A DNA stretch of 64,000 nt from an uncultured Acidobacteriota bacterium (GCA_963705525.1 CAVPJW010000004.1:64789-128788); one strand, 5' to 3'. Positions 1-10,156 are shown, counted from the stretch's first letter. The notes: generated by a model from the letters alone, not told the origin. Program-made: numbers and translations.

Positions 1-2000
1 TCTGCATGCCCTTCGGACCGGCCTTCGCCCCATCGCTGGGTCTCAGTCTGCTCAAGAGCACACTGTCGAGGCACGACATCCCGTCGGACGTCTTCTATCC
101 TTCCATCCGGTTCGCGGAGATCGTCGGCCAGCATTTCTACAGCGGGATCGCCGTCGAAGGCCGCCCGTCGCAAATCGAGATGGCAGGTGAATGGATTTTC
201 TCGGCGGCGCTCTTCGACCGGCCATTGCGCGACGACGATCCCTACATCGAGGACGTTCTTGTCGGCCACGCGAACTGGGTACATCCGTTCGCCGCCAGAC
301 AGGCCTCCCCCGCGCTCATTCGGCGCATCGCGGCCGCCAGGCGTCATGTCACGCCGTTCCTTCACTGGTCGGTCGAGCAGATCCTCGCGGGAAGGCCGCG
401 CGTGGTCGGTTTTACGAGCGTGTTCCAGCAACATGTCGCCTCGCTCGCCGCGGCGCGCCTGCTCAAACAGACGGCACCCGATGTCGTGATCGTTCTTGGC
501 GGCGCGAACTGCGAAGGCGTCATGGGCGCCGAGACCGTGCGTCAGTTCCCGTTCGTCGACGCGGTGGTGTCCGGAGAAGGCGAAGTCATCTTCCCGCAGC
601 TCGTGACTCGTGTGCTGGCCGGCGAGTCGCTGGAGGGGCTCCCCGGCGTGTTCACGCAGGCGTCGATCGCGTCAAAGTCAGCGCGGGCGAATCGTCTCTC
701 GAATGCGCCAACGGTCTCTCGCATGGACGATCTGCCCTACCCCGACTACGGCGACTACATGCGCCAGTTCAAGGCCAGCCGCCTCGACCGCGACTGGATG
801 CCCACGCTCTATTTCGAGACGTCGCGCGGCTGCTGGTGGGGCGAGCGGCAGCATTGCACGTTCTGCGGCTTGAACGGGGCCACCATGACCTATCGCAGCA
901 AGTCGGCGGCGCGCGCCGTCGACGAGCTGGCGGCGCTCGTCGCCGACTATCCCGGCTGCGACGTGCAGGTGTCGGACAACATCCTCGATCTTCAGTACTT
1001 CAAGGACGTGCTCCCGGAGCTCGCCCGGCGTCAACTCGGCGTGAAACTGTTTTACGAGACCAAGTCCAATCTCAAGCGCGACCAGATCCGCCTGTTGCGG
1101 GATGCGGGCGTCCTCGAGATTCAACCGGGCATCGAGAGCCTGAGCGACAACGTCTTGAAGATGATGAAAAAAGGCGTCTCGGCCCTTCACAACATCCAGC
1201 TGCTCAAATGGTGCAAGGAGCTGGGCGTCGCGCCCCTCTGGAATGTCTTGTGGGGCTTTCCGGGAGAGTCGCCCGACGATTACGCGCGGATGGCCGCTAT
1301 CGTGCCGCTTCTGGCGCACCTGCCGGCGCCGCAGGGGTTCGCAGGACTCCGGCTGGATCGGTTCAGCCCGAATTTCGTTCGCGCGAACGAGATGGGCTTC
1401 AGCGATGTGCGGCCCCTGGCGGCCTACCGTCACATCTATGGTTTTCCAGACGAAGTGACGTCGAACATCGCGTACTCGTTCCACTATCGCTACACTGATG
1501 GCCGAAACGTCGAGCCATACGTGCAGCCGCTTCTCAAGACGTTGCGACGCTGGCGGCGAGTCGGGTCCGACTGCGATCTCCTCAGCCTCCGGCTTGACGA
1601 CCGCTTGCTGGTCTGGGACTTCCGCCCGGTCGCGCGCGCGCCGCTCACGATTCTCGCGGGCATCGATCGCCTGCTTTATGAAGCCTGCGATCAGATCAGC
1701 GATGTGACGCGGCTCGTGACAGCGGCGCAATGCTGCGACGAATCCGTGACGTTCGGCGACGTTGCCGACCGGCTCGCGCCGCTCATCGAGAGTGGGCTGC
1801 TGCTGAAGGACGGGGGGCGCTATCTGTCTTTGGCAATTCCCGTCGGTGAGTACGTTCCCTCGCCGGCCACGCTCGGTCGGATGGACGAGGCCATCCGGGG
1901 CCGGGGCTTGCCCAGAGCCGCCGTGAATGCGTATCTTCGTCCGCAGTTCTCGAAACGAGTCCATCGTCGTTCAGCCGCGAAGGCCGAACGACTTACCTAG
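1..2000 (+). CDS. B12-binding radical SAM enzyme, RiPP-maturase-like (5-prime end probably runs off the window)
   Basis: ORF 6..2000, open in frame to the window edge. N-terminal cobalamin-binding-like part (VVIVLGGANCEG). Radical SAM cluster motif YFETSRGCWWGERQHCTFCGL. C-terminal winged-helix-like tail (LLYEACDQISDVTRLV...GLLLKDGGRYLSL) resembles a precursor-recognition element. Confidence 0.8.
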   Translation, partial: CMPFGPAFAPSLGLSLLKSTLSRHDIPSDVFYPSIRFAEIVGQHFYSGIAVEGRPSQIEMAGEWIFSAALFDRPLRDDDPYIEDVLVGHANWVHPFAARQASPALIRRIAAARRHVTPFLHWSVEQILAGRPRVVGFTSVFQQHVASLAAARLLKQTAPDVVIVLGGANCEGVMGAETVRQFPFVDAVVSGEGEVIFPQLVTRVLAGESLEGLPGVFTQASIASKSARANRLSNAPTVSRMDDLPYPDYGDYMRQFKASRLDRDWMPTLYFETSRGCWWGERQHCTFCGLNGATMTYRSKSAARAVDELAALVADYPGCDVQVSDNILDLQYFKDVLPELARRQLGVKLFYETKSNLKRDQIRLLRDAGVLEIQPGIESLSDNVLKMMKKGVSALHNIQLLKWCKELGVAPLWNVLWGFPGESPDDYARMAAIVPLLAHLPAPQGFAGLRLDRFSPNFVRANEMGFSDVRPLAAYRHIYGFPDEVTSNIAYSFHYRYTDGRNVEPYVQPLLKTLRRWRRVGSDCDLLSLRLDDRLLVWDFRPVARAPLTILAGIDRLLYEACDQISDVTRLVTAAQCCDESVTFGDVADRLAPLIESGLLLKDGGRYLSLAIPVGEYVPSPATLGRMDEAIRGRGLPRAAVNAYLRPQFSKRVHRRSAAKAERLT

Positions 2001-2010
2001 AGGAGAGGCA

Positions 2011-2100
2011 ATGGCAAAGAAGGCTGCAAAGAAAACCAAGAAAAAGGCGAAGAAGGGCGGAGCCAAGAAAGGCAAGAAGAAGACCGGCATGGTCTTCTAA
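2011..2100 (+). CDS. 29-aa lysine-rich micro-protein MAKKAAKKTKKKAKKGGAKKGKKKTGMVF (candidate precursor peptide or small basic protein)
   Basis: ATG at 2011 lies 10 nt after the upstream TAG stop and is preceded by AGGAGAGG (2001-2008). 14 of 29 residues are Lys. TAA stop at 2098-2100, followed by a perfect hairpin. Too short for the supplied ORF track. Confidence 0.55.
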   Translation: MAKKAAKKTKKKAKKGGAKKGKKKTGMVF

Positions 2101-2110
2101 GAGGCCGACG

Positions 2111-2134
2111 CCCGCAGACGACCACGTCTGCGGG
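2111..2134. terminator. Bidirectional hairpin between convergent genes
   Basis: cccgcagacg (2111-2120), loop acca, cgtctgcggg (2125-2134): a perfect 10-bp stem. It sits between the micro-ORF stop (2100) and the kinase stop (2142). Confidence 0.7.
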
Positions 2135-2141
2135 CCTCAGT

Positions 2142-4712
2142 CTATTGAAGGCCCTTGACCACGTATAAGTCCATCAGGTACTGCCCGAACGAATACAGCA
2201 GGTGACGGCCGTCCGGCGTGATCTGCGCCGACACGAGTCCCGCGTATCCGGCTCGATCGGTCGGGGCCAGATTCAGCACGAGCTCGCGGCGTCCATTGTC
2301 CACGCCGAGCCGCCAGATCGACCAAGGATTGTCCCGCTTGCGGACGGCAAACACCCCTTGGCCATCGGCCGTCCATCGCACCACCGTATCGCCAGGCTGC
2401 GCGCCCTTCAACGGCTGCACCGTTCCGTCGCCGAGCGAGATCATCGTCGACTCTCCCTGATAGTCGAGCGCGACGACAGTGCGACCATCCGGCGAGATCG
2501 GAGCGGTGTAGGGCGCGAACGTGTAGCCCTCCGGCGAGACCGCACGAGGCGTTCCATCTTTGAGGCCCTGCAGGTACAGCTTGGTCGGGTGGCCTTGCTC
2601 GCGGCCCGAGAACACCACCGACTGGCCGTCCGGCATCCACGTCACGGCGCTAAAGTCGACGATCGGACCTCGCGCGAGAAGGGACGCCTCACCGGCCCCT
2701 GTGGGCAGAATGGTCACCGACTGCGGCGTCCCCACCGTCAATGCCGCAACCCGCTGCCCGTCTGGCGAGAGCGATCCCGCGGACCCCTCGCCCAGGCGAA
2801 CCGCCGAGGCGCCGTCCGACCTTCGAATGTAGACGGAATATCCATAGCCGCGGCTCCCCTCGCCCTGTTCATCGAAGATCACGGTCGAGCCGTCGGCCGA
2901 GATGTCCGTTGCGGCCGACGCGTCGAGCCACGACAACATCCGGTCCGCCGTCTGCAACCCATCGCGATAGGCCATCACCAGGCGCAGCCGCCCATCTGAA
3001 ATGAGCGCCTGCCCGTTCTGGTCGACATCGAGCACCGTCGTTCGGCCAAGCGACTTGATCAGCAAACGCGGTTTACCGCCGGGTTCGATGGCCCACAAGG
3101 ATGTGTTCTGGCCGACCTCGGAGGCGGAGAACCATATTTCATTTCCTCGGGGCGCCCAGGCGAGGCCGGTCGCGCTGGTCCAGCCCGCCGACACGACTCG
3201 CTTCACGCGGTCGGGCCCGATCACGCAGATGTCTCCACGGTCGTCCGAAGGCGCCGGGTGCTCGGTGAACGCCACGGTCCTGCCGTCCCGGGACACTCTC
3301 ACGTCCGCAATCCCGCCCGCGGTCTCATACAGGAGCGTTCCGGCCGGATATTCGAGCCGGAACTTCCCATCGTTCAGGCGAATCACGGCCAGCCCGGCGC
3401 CGTCTGGCGACCAATCCGCCTGCACGACGTCTTTCATGATCTCGCGAGGCACTCCGCCAACGATCGGCACGCGTGCGAGCGTCCCGAGGCCCGTCAGGCC
3501 GAAGAGTCGCTGCCGATTGATGGCAATGGCCATCTCTCCCGTCGACGACACCGACAGAAGCGTCGCGGCGCTCACATCGAGCGATCGGGATTCCGGGTTC
3601 TCGAGGCGCGTCGAGAACATGTCGAGCGGCGAGCCGTCCCACGACGCACTGTAGACGACCGTGTGTCCGTCGCCAGTGAAGCGGGCCGCATCGATATATC
3701 CATGCCGGAACGTGAGCTGGCGATAGTCGGGCACGGCGATCATCGCGGTCCGCCCGCCAAAGAACCACGCGCCGGCCATGGCACTCACGATGGCGACTGC
3801 GGCGAGAGGCAGGAGCCACCACCGGCGACGCGGGGCGGCTGCCGCCACGGCGTCGGTCGAAATACGGCCGCTCGCGATGGCCCCCAGGTGAAGCTCGATG
3901 TCTCGCGCCGACTGAAACCGGTTCCGCGGATTCTTCTCGAGGCATTGACGGACGACGAAGGCGGCCAGCGGCTCGGTTTCCGAGAGCGCGTCGATGCCCT
4001 CCGGCTCGCCAGTGAGAATCGCGTGCATCGTCTCGATATAGTTCCGTCCACTGAACGCGGCACGGCCCGTCAGCATTTCGAAGAGCACCGTCCCGAACGA
4101 AAAAATATCCGATCGGTGATCGACGTCCTCGCCCGAGGCCTGTTCGGGCGACATGTAGTCGACCGTCCCGACGATGGATCCGACCTTCGTCAGACCGGAA
4201 ATCACCTCGCCGGTCGTGGCCTCCGATGCCGACGTCACCCGTTTCTTGGCAAGACCGAAGTCGAGAATCTTCAGGTGATCGTCGCTGGTGATGAAGACGT
4301 TCTCGGGCTTCAGATCGCGATGGACGATGTGGCGATCGTGTGCGGCGGCGAGTCCGCTCGCGATCTGCCGCCCATACTGGATGGCTTTCGCCGCGGAGAT
4401 CCGGCCGCGCTTCAGCCGGGCCCGCAGCGTTTCCCCGTCGAGGAGTTCGGTGACGAGATAGGGCGCGCCCTCATGCTCACCGACGTCATAGAGCGCAATG
4501 ATGTTGGGGTGACTGATGGCGCTGGTCGCCTTCGCCTCGAGCTCGAATCGCTGAACTTCGTCGGCGCCGCCCATCTTCCCGCCGATCACCTTGAGCGCGA
4601 CCATTCGGTCGAGGCGAGTGTCGCGCGCGCGGTACACGTCGCCCATGCCTCCGCTGTCCAGCGTGCTGATCACTTCGTAAGGGCCGACGTTGGAGCCTTG
4701 AGCGAGTGGCAT
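2142..4712 (-). CDS. Ser/Thr protein kinase with one TM segment and a C-terminal TolB-like beta-propeller
   Basis: 856-aa ORF. Kinase motifs GGMGDVYRA, HRDLKPENV, DFGLAK, YMSPEQ. TM segment WWLLPLAAVAIVSAMAGAWFF. Repeated SPDG/WSPDG propeller motifs. Confidence 0.9.
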   Translation of the reverse strand: MPLAQGSNVGPYEVISTLDSGGMGDVYRARDTRLDRMVALKVIGGKMGGADEVQRFELEAKATSAISHPNIIALYDVGEHEGAPYLVTELLDGETLRARLKRGRISAAKAIQYGRQIASGLAAAHDRHIVHRDLKPENVFITSDDHLKILDFGLAKKRVTSASEATTGEVISGLTKVGSIVGTVDYMSPEQASGEDVDHRSDIFSFGTVLFEMLTGRAAFSGRNYIETMHAILTGEPEGIDALSETEPLAAFVVRQCLEKNPRNRFQSARDIELHLGAIASGRISTDAVAAAAPRRRWWLLPLAAVAIVSAMAGAWFFGGRTAMIAVPDYRQLTFRHGYIDAARFTGDGHTVVYSASWDGSPLDMFSTRLENPESRSLDVSAATLLSVSSTGEMAIAINRQRLFGLTGLGTLARVPIVGGVPREIMKDVVQADWSPDGAGLAVIRLNDGKFRLEYPAGTLLYETAGGIADVRVSRDGRTVAFTEHPAPSDDRGDICVIGPDRVKRVVSAGWTSATGLAWAPRGNEIWFSASEVGQNTSLWAIEPGGKPRLLIKSLGRTTVLDVDQNGQALISDGRLRLVMAYRDGLQTADRMLSWLDASAATDISADGSTVIFDEQGEGSRGYGYSVYIRRSDGASAVRLGEGSAGSLSPDGQRVAALTVGTPQSVTILPTGAGEASLLARGPIVDFSAVTWMPDGQSVVFSGREQGHPTKLYLQGLKDGTPRAVSPEGYTFAPYTAPISPDGRTVVALDYQGESTMISLGDGTVQPLKGAQPGDTVVRWTADGQGVFAVRKRDNPWSIWRLGVDNGRRELVLNLAPTDRAGYAGLVSAQITPDGRHLLYSFGQYLMDLYVVKGLQ

Positions 4713-4719
4713 CGAGAGG

Positions 4720-5496
4720 CTAGGTCACCTTGCCGACCGTCCAGAACCCCCAGGCCAGATCCGGATCGAGAAAATAGGAGTACGGCATGTAGCAGTAGCC
4801 TCCGGCGCCCCACGAGGATCCCCAGGAGTTGCGGACGATGAAGTGCCGCGAGTCCTCGAGATAGCCGACGACGAGCATGGCGTGCCCGCCGAGGCGTCGT
4901 TCGCGTGGAGACGGCAGCGGGACCACGCCAGTCTCCTTGACCAGCTTGCTCTTGAATGTCTCGTGCACCGCGAATCCGGCCGTGAACGGCTGCCCGGCCG
5001 CAAGACACACGCGCATGGTCCGCAGTGATTGCTCCAGGCGCGCGTAGCGGATCGCCCTGTGGTCCTCGGCCCTCACGTAGCAGTGCTTGGGTGGACACCG
5101 CCGAAATCGCCTGACGTCATAGGGCCACATGCGTTCTGTACACACACCGTGGCGCGCGACCGTCTTGTATCCGTCACGAAGCGACACGGGCTCGTTGTGG
5201 GCGATGCAGCCCTCGATGGCGCGCTCGTTGTAGTAGATGAACAAACGGGATGGAGAAGGATGGCGCGGATCGTGACGATGACGCTCCTCGAACCACACGG
5301 CGGCGGCGATCGCGTTTGCGGAGCACGAGTTCAAATGATGCTGGTTGTACACCGGCGGCATGTGGGGCCGAAGATCGACCTGTCTCGGAAGCTTCGCCTT
5401 GAACCGGGGCGGTTCATAGAGGTAATCGCGCGAATCGCGGCGGTCTTTGGCGGTGCCGTAACCGAAGCCTGTGAGTCTCATCGTATGTGTGGCCAA
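4720..5496 (-). CDS. Papain-like (C1 family) cysteine peptidase, no signal peptide
   Basis: Motifs VYNQHHLNSCSANA (Gln/Cys), GGHAMLVVGY (His) and NSWGSSWG (Asn-Ser-Trp). The stop is 7 nt upstream of the kinase start. Confidence 0.85.
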   Translation of the reverse strand: MATHTMRLTGFGYGTAKDRRDSRDYLYEPPRFKAKLPRQVDLRPHMPPVYNQHHLNSCSANAIAAAVWFEERHRHDPRHPSPSRLFIYYNERAIEGCIAHNEPVSLRDGYKTVARHGVCTERMWPYDVRRFRRCPPKHCYVRAEDHRAIRYARLEQSLRTMRVCLAAGQPFTAGFAVHETFKSKLVKETGVVPLPSPRERRLGGHAMLVVGYLEDSRHFIVRNSWGSSWGAGGYCYMPYSYFLDPDLAWGFWTVGKVT

Positions 5497-5695
5497 CTCC
5501 GCCCGCCAGGCGTTCGATCACGCCGGACCGGGCGCAGGCCCTCGATCATGTCGCGCCGACTATAGCCCAGCACGCGGACGGTCGAACAGGAGATGTGAGA
5601 GGTGGCGGGATAAGGACGAGTGCGGTCGGGACAGACGAGATCTGTACGTCGCGGGGCACTCCGGCGTCGGCCGGAGTGCCCTCGGACGAGGTCCG

Positions 5696-6514
5696 CTACT
5701 GTCCGACGTACTCCGCGTTGGTGATGCGGAGCGCCGTACGGGTGAGGACCAACCCGGGTCTGAGGTCGTACACCGACATTTCCTTCCCGTCGACCATAAA
5801 CTTGAATTCGGGATCGACGACGACGCGCACGACGCGATCTTTCTCGTTCCGGATGAGGAGCGTGGATCCGGAACGCTCGACGATCTTCCCGCGATCGACG
5901 ATCAGCGTGCCAGCCGTGTACGCCATTCCGGGCTTGCTACCTGAGGCCGCCGGCACCACCTTGGCAATGCTCGCCTCGGTCACCACGACGTCCAGTTTAT
6001 CGCCCGGCTTGAGCGTCTTCAGCTTCTCGACGAACTCAGGCCGGAGCACCGCCCGCGTCACGAGCGTGCCGTCGGCCTTCTGGACGACGAATGTCCGGCT
6101 TGCGGCGTCGGCCGTCACCACCGTGACCGTTTCCAGCGTCTGCTTCTCAGACGTCGCGGACGGCATTTCGCCGGGTGCGGCGGTGGTACTGCTGCCCCCG
6201 GAGAAGAGCGGATTGGCCTCACCCTTCTTATGGGCCGACACGGCAATCGACTGGTAGTAGCTCACCTCGACCATGTCCCCCACCTTGACCTGCGGGAGAT
6301 TCTTGACCTCCTCACTCACCCACCCGGACACTTCGCCTCCCAACGGACCGGCGAGCGTGATGTGTCGCGTCGCGAGGTCGAGCGCCTTCACTTCCGCGGT
6401 CATCATGACGAGCTCACCGCGGGTGATTTGCGACGGCGTCTGCGCGTACACGGACACGACACTGGCGACGAGCAGCGCCGCCAGCGCAACGATGGATCCT
6501 GAACACTTAGCCAT
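5696..6514 (-). CDS. Secreted protein of unknown function with three internally similar ~70-aa modules
   Basis: I chose the internal ATG at 6514, preceded by AAGGAG. It gives the signal peptide MAKCSGSIVALAALLVASVVSVYAQ. The 75 upstream residues of the long ORF look non-coding. Confidence 0.6.
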   Translation of the reverse strand: MAKCSGSIVALAALLVASVVSVYAQTPSQITRGELVMMTAEVKALDLATRHITLAGPLGGEVSGWVSEEVKNLPQVKVGDMVEVSYYQSIAVSAHKKGEANPLFSGGSSTTAAPGEMPSATSEKQTLETVTVVTADAASRTFVVQKADGTLVTRAVLRPEFVEKLKTLKPGDKLDVVVTEASIAKVVPAASGSKPGMAYTAGTLIVDRGKIVERSGSTLLIRNEKDRVVRVVVDPEFKFMVDGKEMSVYDLRPGLVLTRTALRITNAEYVGQ

Positions 6515-7086
6515 ACGGTTCTCCTTAGCTTGATTGCACAAAACGAGATGGGCGCCGCCGAGCATGACTCGTCGATTTGGATAATGACCTTGGCGCGATG
6601 CGCGAGGATGCCGGCCGTCTTCGTCGCCCTTGCCTATGCCATTTGCCGAGTCCAGCATACCCTCATCGACCGGTGCGATGCTGGACCAAGGTCTATTTTC
6701 TTTCTTGAAAACCAAACCGAACAATTGCCCCCACGCCAATTGCCTTCAAATGGGCCCCCCGGAAGGGCGAAGAGACCGCGTGATGGCCCCCTGCCGTTGA
6801 ACCTGATGCGTGACCTGCCATCGGAGAGTATTCGTGAGGCTGCCTCCTGACAAGTTGGACTTTGGTATTACGTCAGGACCGGCCGGATTCTCGGCACGTG
6901 GTCAAGCTCGAGCCTTCACGCCCTTGGCGAGGGCGAGGCCGTCGTAGGCCGCGCTGACAATGTTGACCCTGCGCTGGTCCCAGCGGCCCGCCTCGACGTG
7001 CGTGTGCACGCGAGTCCCTCCACCTTGATGGCACGGAGTCACCGTTCAACGCGGATCATCGCTGAATAAGGATAGACTGCTGCCAG

Positions 7087-8992
7087 ATGAAAGCGGCCTG
7101 CCACGTGCGGCGCGGTGTGTCATTGCGCTCGGCGCTCTTGATTGCCGTGGTGTTGGCCGGCGCGATCGCCTTGACCGTCCATGCTGCGCAGGGACAGCAC
7201 AGCGATCACGTCAAGACCGAGCCGCCAGGAATCCTGATTCTGGCCGTTGACGATTTCTCGCAGCCGTACGTTCGTCTCTTCACGGACAAGTTTGTCCAGG
7301 TCACATCGTCCGCACCGACCGTCCCGACGGTGTATCTCGAGTCGCTTGACGCCGTGCGCTTCGAGCACGCGGGCTACCTCGAGGAGTTTCGAGACTGGCA
7401 GCGTCGCAAATATGCGGGGAGCCGCATCGACCTTATCGTGGCGCTGGGCGAAGATGCGCTCGCCTTTCTCGCACGCCAGCGAGGCGAGCCGTGGCCGAAC
7501 GCCCCGGTGCTCTATGTCGAGATGGGTAGCGTCAAGGTCGACACGCGCCAGGATCTTCCGCAAGCCAGCGGAATGATTCTCGGGGAGTACTTTGAGCCCG
7601 CGCTGGCCACGGTCAAGACCATCCTGCCGGATACTAAACACGTTGTGCTTGTGTACGGCACGTCGGAGGTCGATCGAGGCCGGATGGGTGGCTTCGCGAG
7701 TACCGGTACGAGCCGCCAGGCTCGACCTGGAACCAATCGAATGGGTTGGCCTGACGATGGAATCGATGCTGTCCCGGGCGGCCCATCTACCCGCGCAGAC
7801 GGTTGTGTTCCTCCTGACGCCGTCTCTCGATGCCGCTGGACGCGCCCATGCGGTTCGACAGAATTGCGAGCGCCTGGCTGCGGTAGCAAACGTCCCGGTC
7901 TTCACGCTGGGGGCGCACGACCTCGGCTGCGGCGCCGTCGGTGGCCTCCAGCGGGACTGGACGCTCGTCGGCCGCATCGTCGCCGAGGCGGCTCTGGCTC
8001 GACTCGCTGGTGGACTGCCCGAAGTGACGAGGGTGCCGATTGAGCGGTTCAGCACCCTCGCGTTCGACGAGCGCCAGCTTGAACGCTGGCACATTCCGGA
8101 AGGACGGCTGCCTGCAGGCAGCACGATCCTCTTCCGCGAGTTCAATCTGTGGCGAGATCGGCGCTCTCTTGTGATCACGGCGATCATCGTGACCCTGGCG
8201 CAGGCGCTGCTCATCGTCGGCCTGGTCGTCGAGCGCCGACGACGGCAGCGGGCGGAGCTGGAGGGCCGACGCAGTCTGGCGACGATGGCACATCTGGATC
8301 GGAGAGCCGCGATGGGAGAGCTGGCCACGTCGCTGGCGCACGAACTCAATCAGCCGCTCAATGCGATTCTGCAGAACGCCGGCGCGGCGCAGATGATGTT
8401 GACGTCGGCATCCGGTCCGCCTCCCGTGGACGAAATACTGGACATCCTGAACGACATTCAAAGCGATGATGCGAGGGCTGGAGAGGTCATCCGAGGCATG
8501 AGTTCATTTCTCCGGAAGCAGGAGCTCGACGTCAAGGCCCTGGAGGTGAATTCGCTGGCACAGGAAACCGTCGCGCTCGTGCTTCCTGATGCGGCTGCGC
8601 GAGGAATCCACGTCCATCTCGAGCTGGCAGACGGCTTGACACCGATTCAGGGGGATCGCGTTCACTTGCAGCAGGTGCTCCTGAACCTCCTGATCAACGG
8701 CATGGATGCAGTGGGCGACCTGCCGCCCGATCGTCGTCGTCTGCGTGTCCGGACCGCGCAGTGGAACGGTCAGGTTGAACTCGGCGTGAACGACCGCGGC
8801 GCCGGTATCGAACCGGATCGTCTGTCGCATATCTTCGAAGCGTTCTACACGACCAAGGGGAAGGGCCTCGGGATGGGCCTCTCGATTGCGCGAAGCATCA
8901 TCGAGGCGCATGACGGAGACATGGGTGCCGAGAACAATCCCGAAGGCGGCGCAACCGTGTGGTTCCGCGTTCCCGCAGGGACCGAATCATGA
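7087..8992 (+). pseudogene. Sensor histidine kinase (periplasmic ABC-substrate-binding-like domain, TM, HisKA, HATPase), reading frame broken near 7675-7695
   Basis: ORF 7087..8043 gives a signal/TM segment plus a periplasmic domain up to ...VVLVYGTSEVDRG, then turns nonsensical. ORF 7592..8992 in the next frame continues sensibly (WVASR...LEPIEWVGL...TM...SLAHELNQPLNAI...GLGMGLSI). This is a single +1/-1 indel or a sequencing error. Confidence 0.75.
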
Positions 8993-9636
8993 CCGTCAAC
9001 GCCGGCGCCAAAGCCGATCGTCCGACTGTCCACGTCGTGGAGGATCACGAGTCGAGCCGAAGAGCGACTGCGCGAGTCCTGCAGGCCGCCGGATACGCGG
9101 TGCATCAGTACGCGTCGGCAGAAGAGTTTCTCGCCGTGATGCCGGCCGGTCCTGGCTGCCTTGTGCTCGACCTGCAGCTGCCCGGCCCAAGCGGTCTCGA
9201 CCTGCAGGAACAGTTGGCCAAGGAGACCGACCCGATGCCTGTCGTCTTCCTGTCGGGCAAGAGTGACGTGCCCAAGACCGCGCGGGCGATGAAGGCCGGG
9301 GCGATCGATTTCCTCACCAAACCGGTGAGCGGGAATGCTCTCCTCGAGGCCGTCGCACGGGCGCTGGTCAGGGACTCCGAGGACCGAATTGTCCGAACAC
9401 GCCAGCGGGAGGCACGAGTTCGATACGAGCGCCTGACGCCGCGCGAGCGCGAGGTGTTTGCGCACGTGATCAGCGGCCAGTTGAACAAGCAGGCCGGATT
9501 CGATCTTGGCACGACCGAGCACACGATCAAGGTGCATCGGCAGCGCGTGATGCAGAAGCTCGAAGCGGACTCCGTGGCCGATCTCGTCCGCATCGCCGCC
9601 GACCTCGACATCGCGCCCGTCGGCAAGGTTCGATGA
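8989..9636 (+). CDS. FixJ/LuxR-family response regulator (REC + HTH)
   Basis: The ATG at 8989 overlaps the kinase TGA (ATGA). REC domain VHVVEDHESSR...LVLDLQLPGPSG. HTH LTPREREVFAHVISGQLNKQAGFDLGTTEHTIKVHR. Confidence 0.9.
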   Translation: MTVNAGAKADRPTVHVVEDHESSRRATARVLQAAGYAVHQYASAEEFLAVMPAGPGCLVLDLQLPGPSGLDLQEQLAKETDPMPVVFLSGKSDVPKTARAMKAGAIDFLTKPVSGNALLEAVARALVRDSEDRIVRTRQREARVRYERLTPREREVFAHVISGQLNKQAGFDLGTTEHTIKVHRQRVMQKLEADSVADLVRIAADLDIAPVGKVR

Positions 9637-9684
9637 CACTAAGGTGCAATGGTCGGTCCACGGGCTATTCGTTAAGCTCGTGAC

Positions 9685-10080
9685 GTGACCAAACCGACCC
9701 CCGCAGGGCCCCTCGTCGTCGTCGTCGAGGATGATCCCGCCTCGCGCAAATCACTGGAGCGAGTGCTCCACGTGGGAGGATTCGACGCGGCGATGTTCGC
9801 GTCGGCGGAGGAGTTCCTCTCCTCCACGCGGGACTCCTCGGCCATTGGGATGTTGCTCGACCTGCAGCTGCCGGGCCTGTCCGGAGTTGACCTCCAGCGC
9901 CGACTGAGGAGAGAGGGCTCGACACTGCCCATCATCGTGATCACAGCGAACGTCGACACCCGGATCCGCGAAGAAGTCGAGCGGCTCGGTTGTCTCGCTT
10001 ACCTGTCCAAGCCCTGCGACGGCCGCACGATTCTCGCTCTGCTCCGCTCTCTCGTCACCGACACCGCACCGCCACGCTAG
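9685..10080 (+). CDS. Stand-alone response-regulator receiver (CheY-like)
   Basis: 131-aa ORF with VVVVEDDPASR...LLDLQLPGLSG...IIVITA...YLSKP. Confidence 0.85.
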   Translation: MTKPTPAGPLVVVVEDDPASRKSLERVLHVGGFDAAMFASAEEFLSSTRDSSAIGMLLDLQLPGLSGVDLQRRLRREGSTLPIIVITANVDTRIREEVERLGCLAYLSKPCDGRTILALLRSLVTDTAPPR

Positions 10081-10156
10081 GTGGACGACTGCCACGGGCC
10101 GCGAGCGGGACCAAGGTGAATGCGCACTTTCCGCTCTCACGTTCGCCTGCGTCCTG

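Noticed and set aside
678-1964. A 428-aa minus-strand ORF inside the radical SAM gene. The same type of ORF occurs at 3258..4841(+), 10205..11434(-), 22929..23678(-), 25204..26100(-) and 36876..38318(-).
   Set aside because: These ORFs are antisense or out of frame relative to genes with clear family motifs. Their composition is Arg/Pro/Gly/Ala-rich with no recognisable motifs. Long spurious ORFs are expected in GC-rich DNA.
6902-7009. A 35-codon minus-strand ORF (VHTHVEAGRWDQRRVNIVSAAYDGLALAKGVKARA) with GGTGGAGGG upstream, inside the 570-bp gap 6515-7086. It faintly resembles the N-terminal half of a 4-oxalocrotonate tautomerase.
   Set aside because: It is too short. It lacks the catalytic N-terminal Met-Pro and is truncated relative to the family. 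I cannot verify it without a search. It may be a gene remnant.
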